Assembly (NCBI RefSeq): GCF_001194135.2
Contig: NC_068999.1
Location: 53,516,122 to 53,580,121, forward strand
DNA length: 64,000 nt
Reading direction: 5' to 3'
From: Octopus bimaculoides
Taxonomy: Eukaryota
Part shown: positions 63,122 to 64,000 of the stretch, one piece after another
Layout of the letters: each line of letters starts with the position of its first letter
How positions within the stretch are numbered: position 1 is the stretch's first letter
Made by a program: the position numbers and the translations under genes
The notes under the pieces: generated by a model
Databases searched by the model: none
Told to the model about the DNA's origin: nothing
Seen by the model: the letters and a program-made list of their open reading frames with translations, nothing else

Positions 63122-64000
63122 NNNNNNNNNNNNNNNNNNNNNNNNNNNNNNNNNNNNNNNNNNNNNNNNNNNNNNNNNNNNNNNNNNNNNNNNNNNNNNN
63201 NNNNNNNNNNNNNNNNNNNNNNNNNNNNNNNNNNNNNNNNNNNNNNNNNNNNNNNNNNNNNNNNNNNNNNNNNNNNNNNNNNNNNNNNNNNNNNNNNNNN
63301 NNNNNNNNNNNNNNNNNNNNNNNNNNNNNNNNNNNNNNNNNNNNNNNNNNNNNNNNNNNNNNNNNNNNNNNNNNNNNNNNNNNNNNNNNNNNNNNNNNNN
63401 NNNNNNNNNNNNNNNNNNNNNNNNNNNNNNNNNNNNNNNNNNNNNNNNNNNNNNNNNNNNNNNNNNNNNNNNNNNNNNNNNNNNNNNNNNNNNNNNNNNN
63501 NNNNNNNNNNNNNNNNNNNNNNNNNNNNNNNNNNNNNNNNNNNNNNNNNNNNNNNNNNNNNNNNNNNNNNNNNNNNNNNNNNNNNNNNNNNNNNNNNNNN
63601 NNNNNNNNNNNNNNNNNNNNNNNNNNNNNNNNNNNNNNNNNNNNNNNNNNNNNNNNNNNNNNNNNNNNNNNNNNNNNNNNNNNNNNNNNNNNNNNNNNNN
63701 NNNNNNNNNNNNNNNNNNNNNNNNNNNNNNNNNNNNNNNNNNNNNNNNNNNNNNNNNNNNNNNNNNNNNNNNNNNNNNNNNNNNNNNNNNNNNNNNNNNN
63801 NNNNNNNNNNAGGCTATTCTTATTCTAGCAGCTACACTTTCAGCGCACCCACCCCCACTACTAACTTGGTCGCCCAGATAGCGGAAGCTATCGACTACCT
63901 CTAGTTTTTCACCCTGGAATGAGATAGAAGTTGTTTCCTGTTTGTTTACAGTCTTTATTGCACCTGAACATCTGCCACAAACAAAAACTAACTTACTAGT

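Overview
This is eukaryotic, AT-rich and repeat-dense genomic DNA from a draft scaffold with five N-gaps. From the SINE families I recognise, it is most likely octopus (coleoid cephalopod); that assignment is inference. The left half carries a minus-strand, multi-exon SAP130 gene (Sin3A-associated protein 130). I assembled 15 coding exons by hand between 21587 and 2029, all with canonical GT-AG sites and consistent phases (2529 nt, about 843 codons), plus a candidate start exon near 30.2 kb. The conserved C-terminal exons must lie off-window, below position 1. A roughly 16 kb CpG-rich region (about 40.4-56.4 kb) follows with no convincing protein-coding exon. On the right are an unassigned single-exon 152-aa ORF (58391-58849, +) and the convergent terminal exon of another gene (61587-61869, -) with two TQT motifs reminiscent of AMBRA1. 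The rest is transposon debris: several tRNA-derived SINE families, RTE, R4/Dong-like and Jockey/CR1-like LINE fragments, a mariner remnant, piggyBac-, hAT- and Harbinger-like MITEs, a fold-back element and microsatellites. I found no CRISPR array, rRNA or intact tRNA gene, and no clearly new multi-gene system. The best leads are the orphan ORF, the conserved SAP130 cassette exon, the AMBRA1-like exon, the (TAA)n-linked SINE array and the sharp CpG domain boundary. Coordinates were read by eye; repeat boundaries are approximate.
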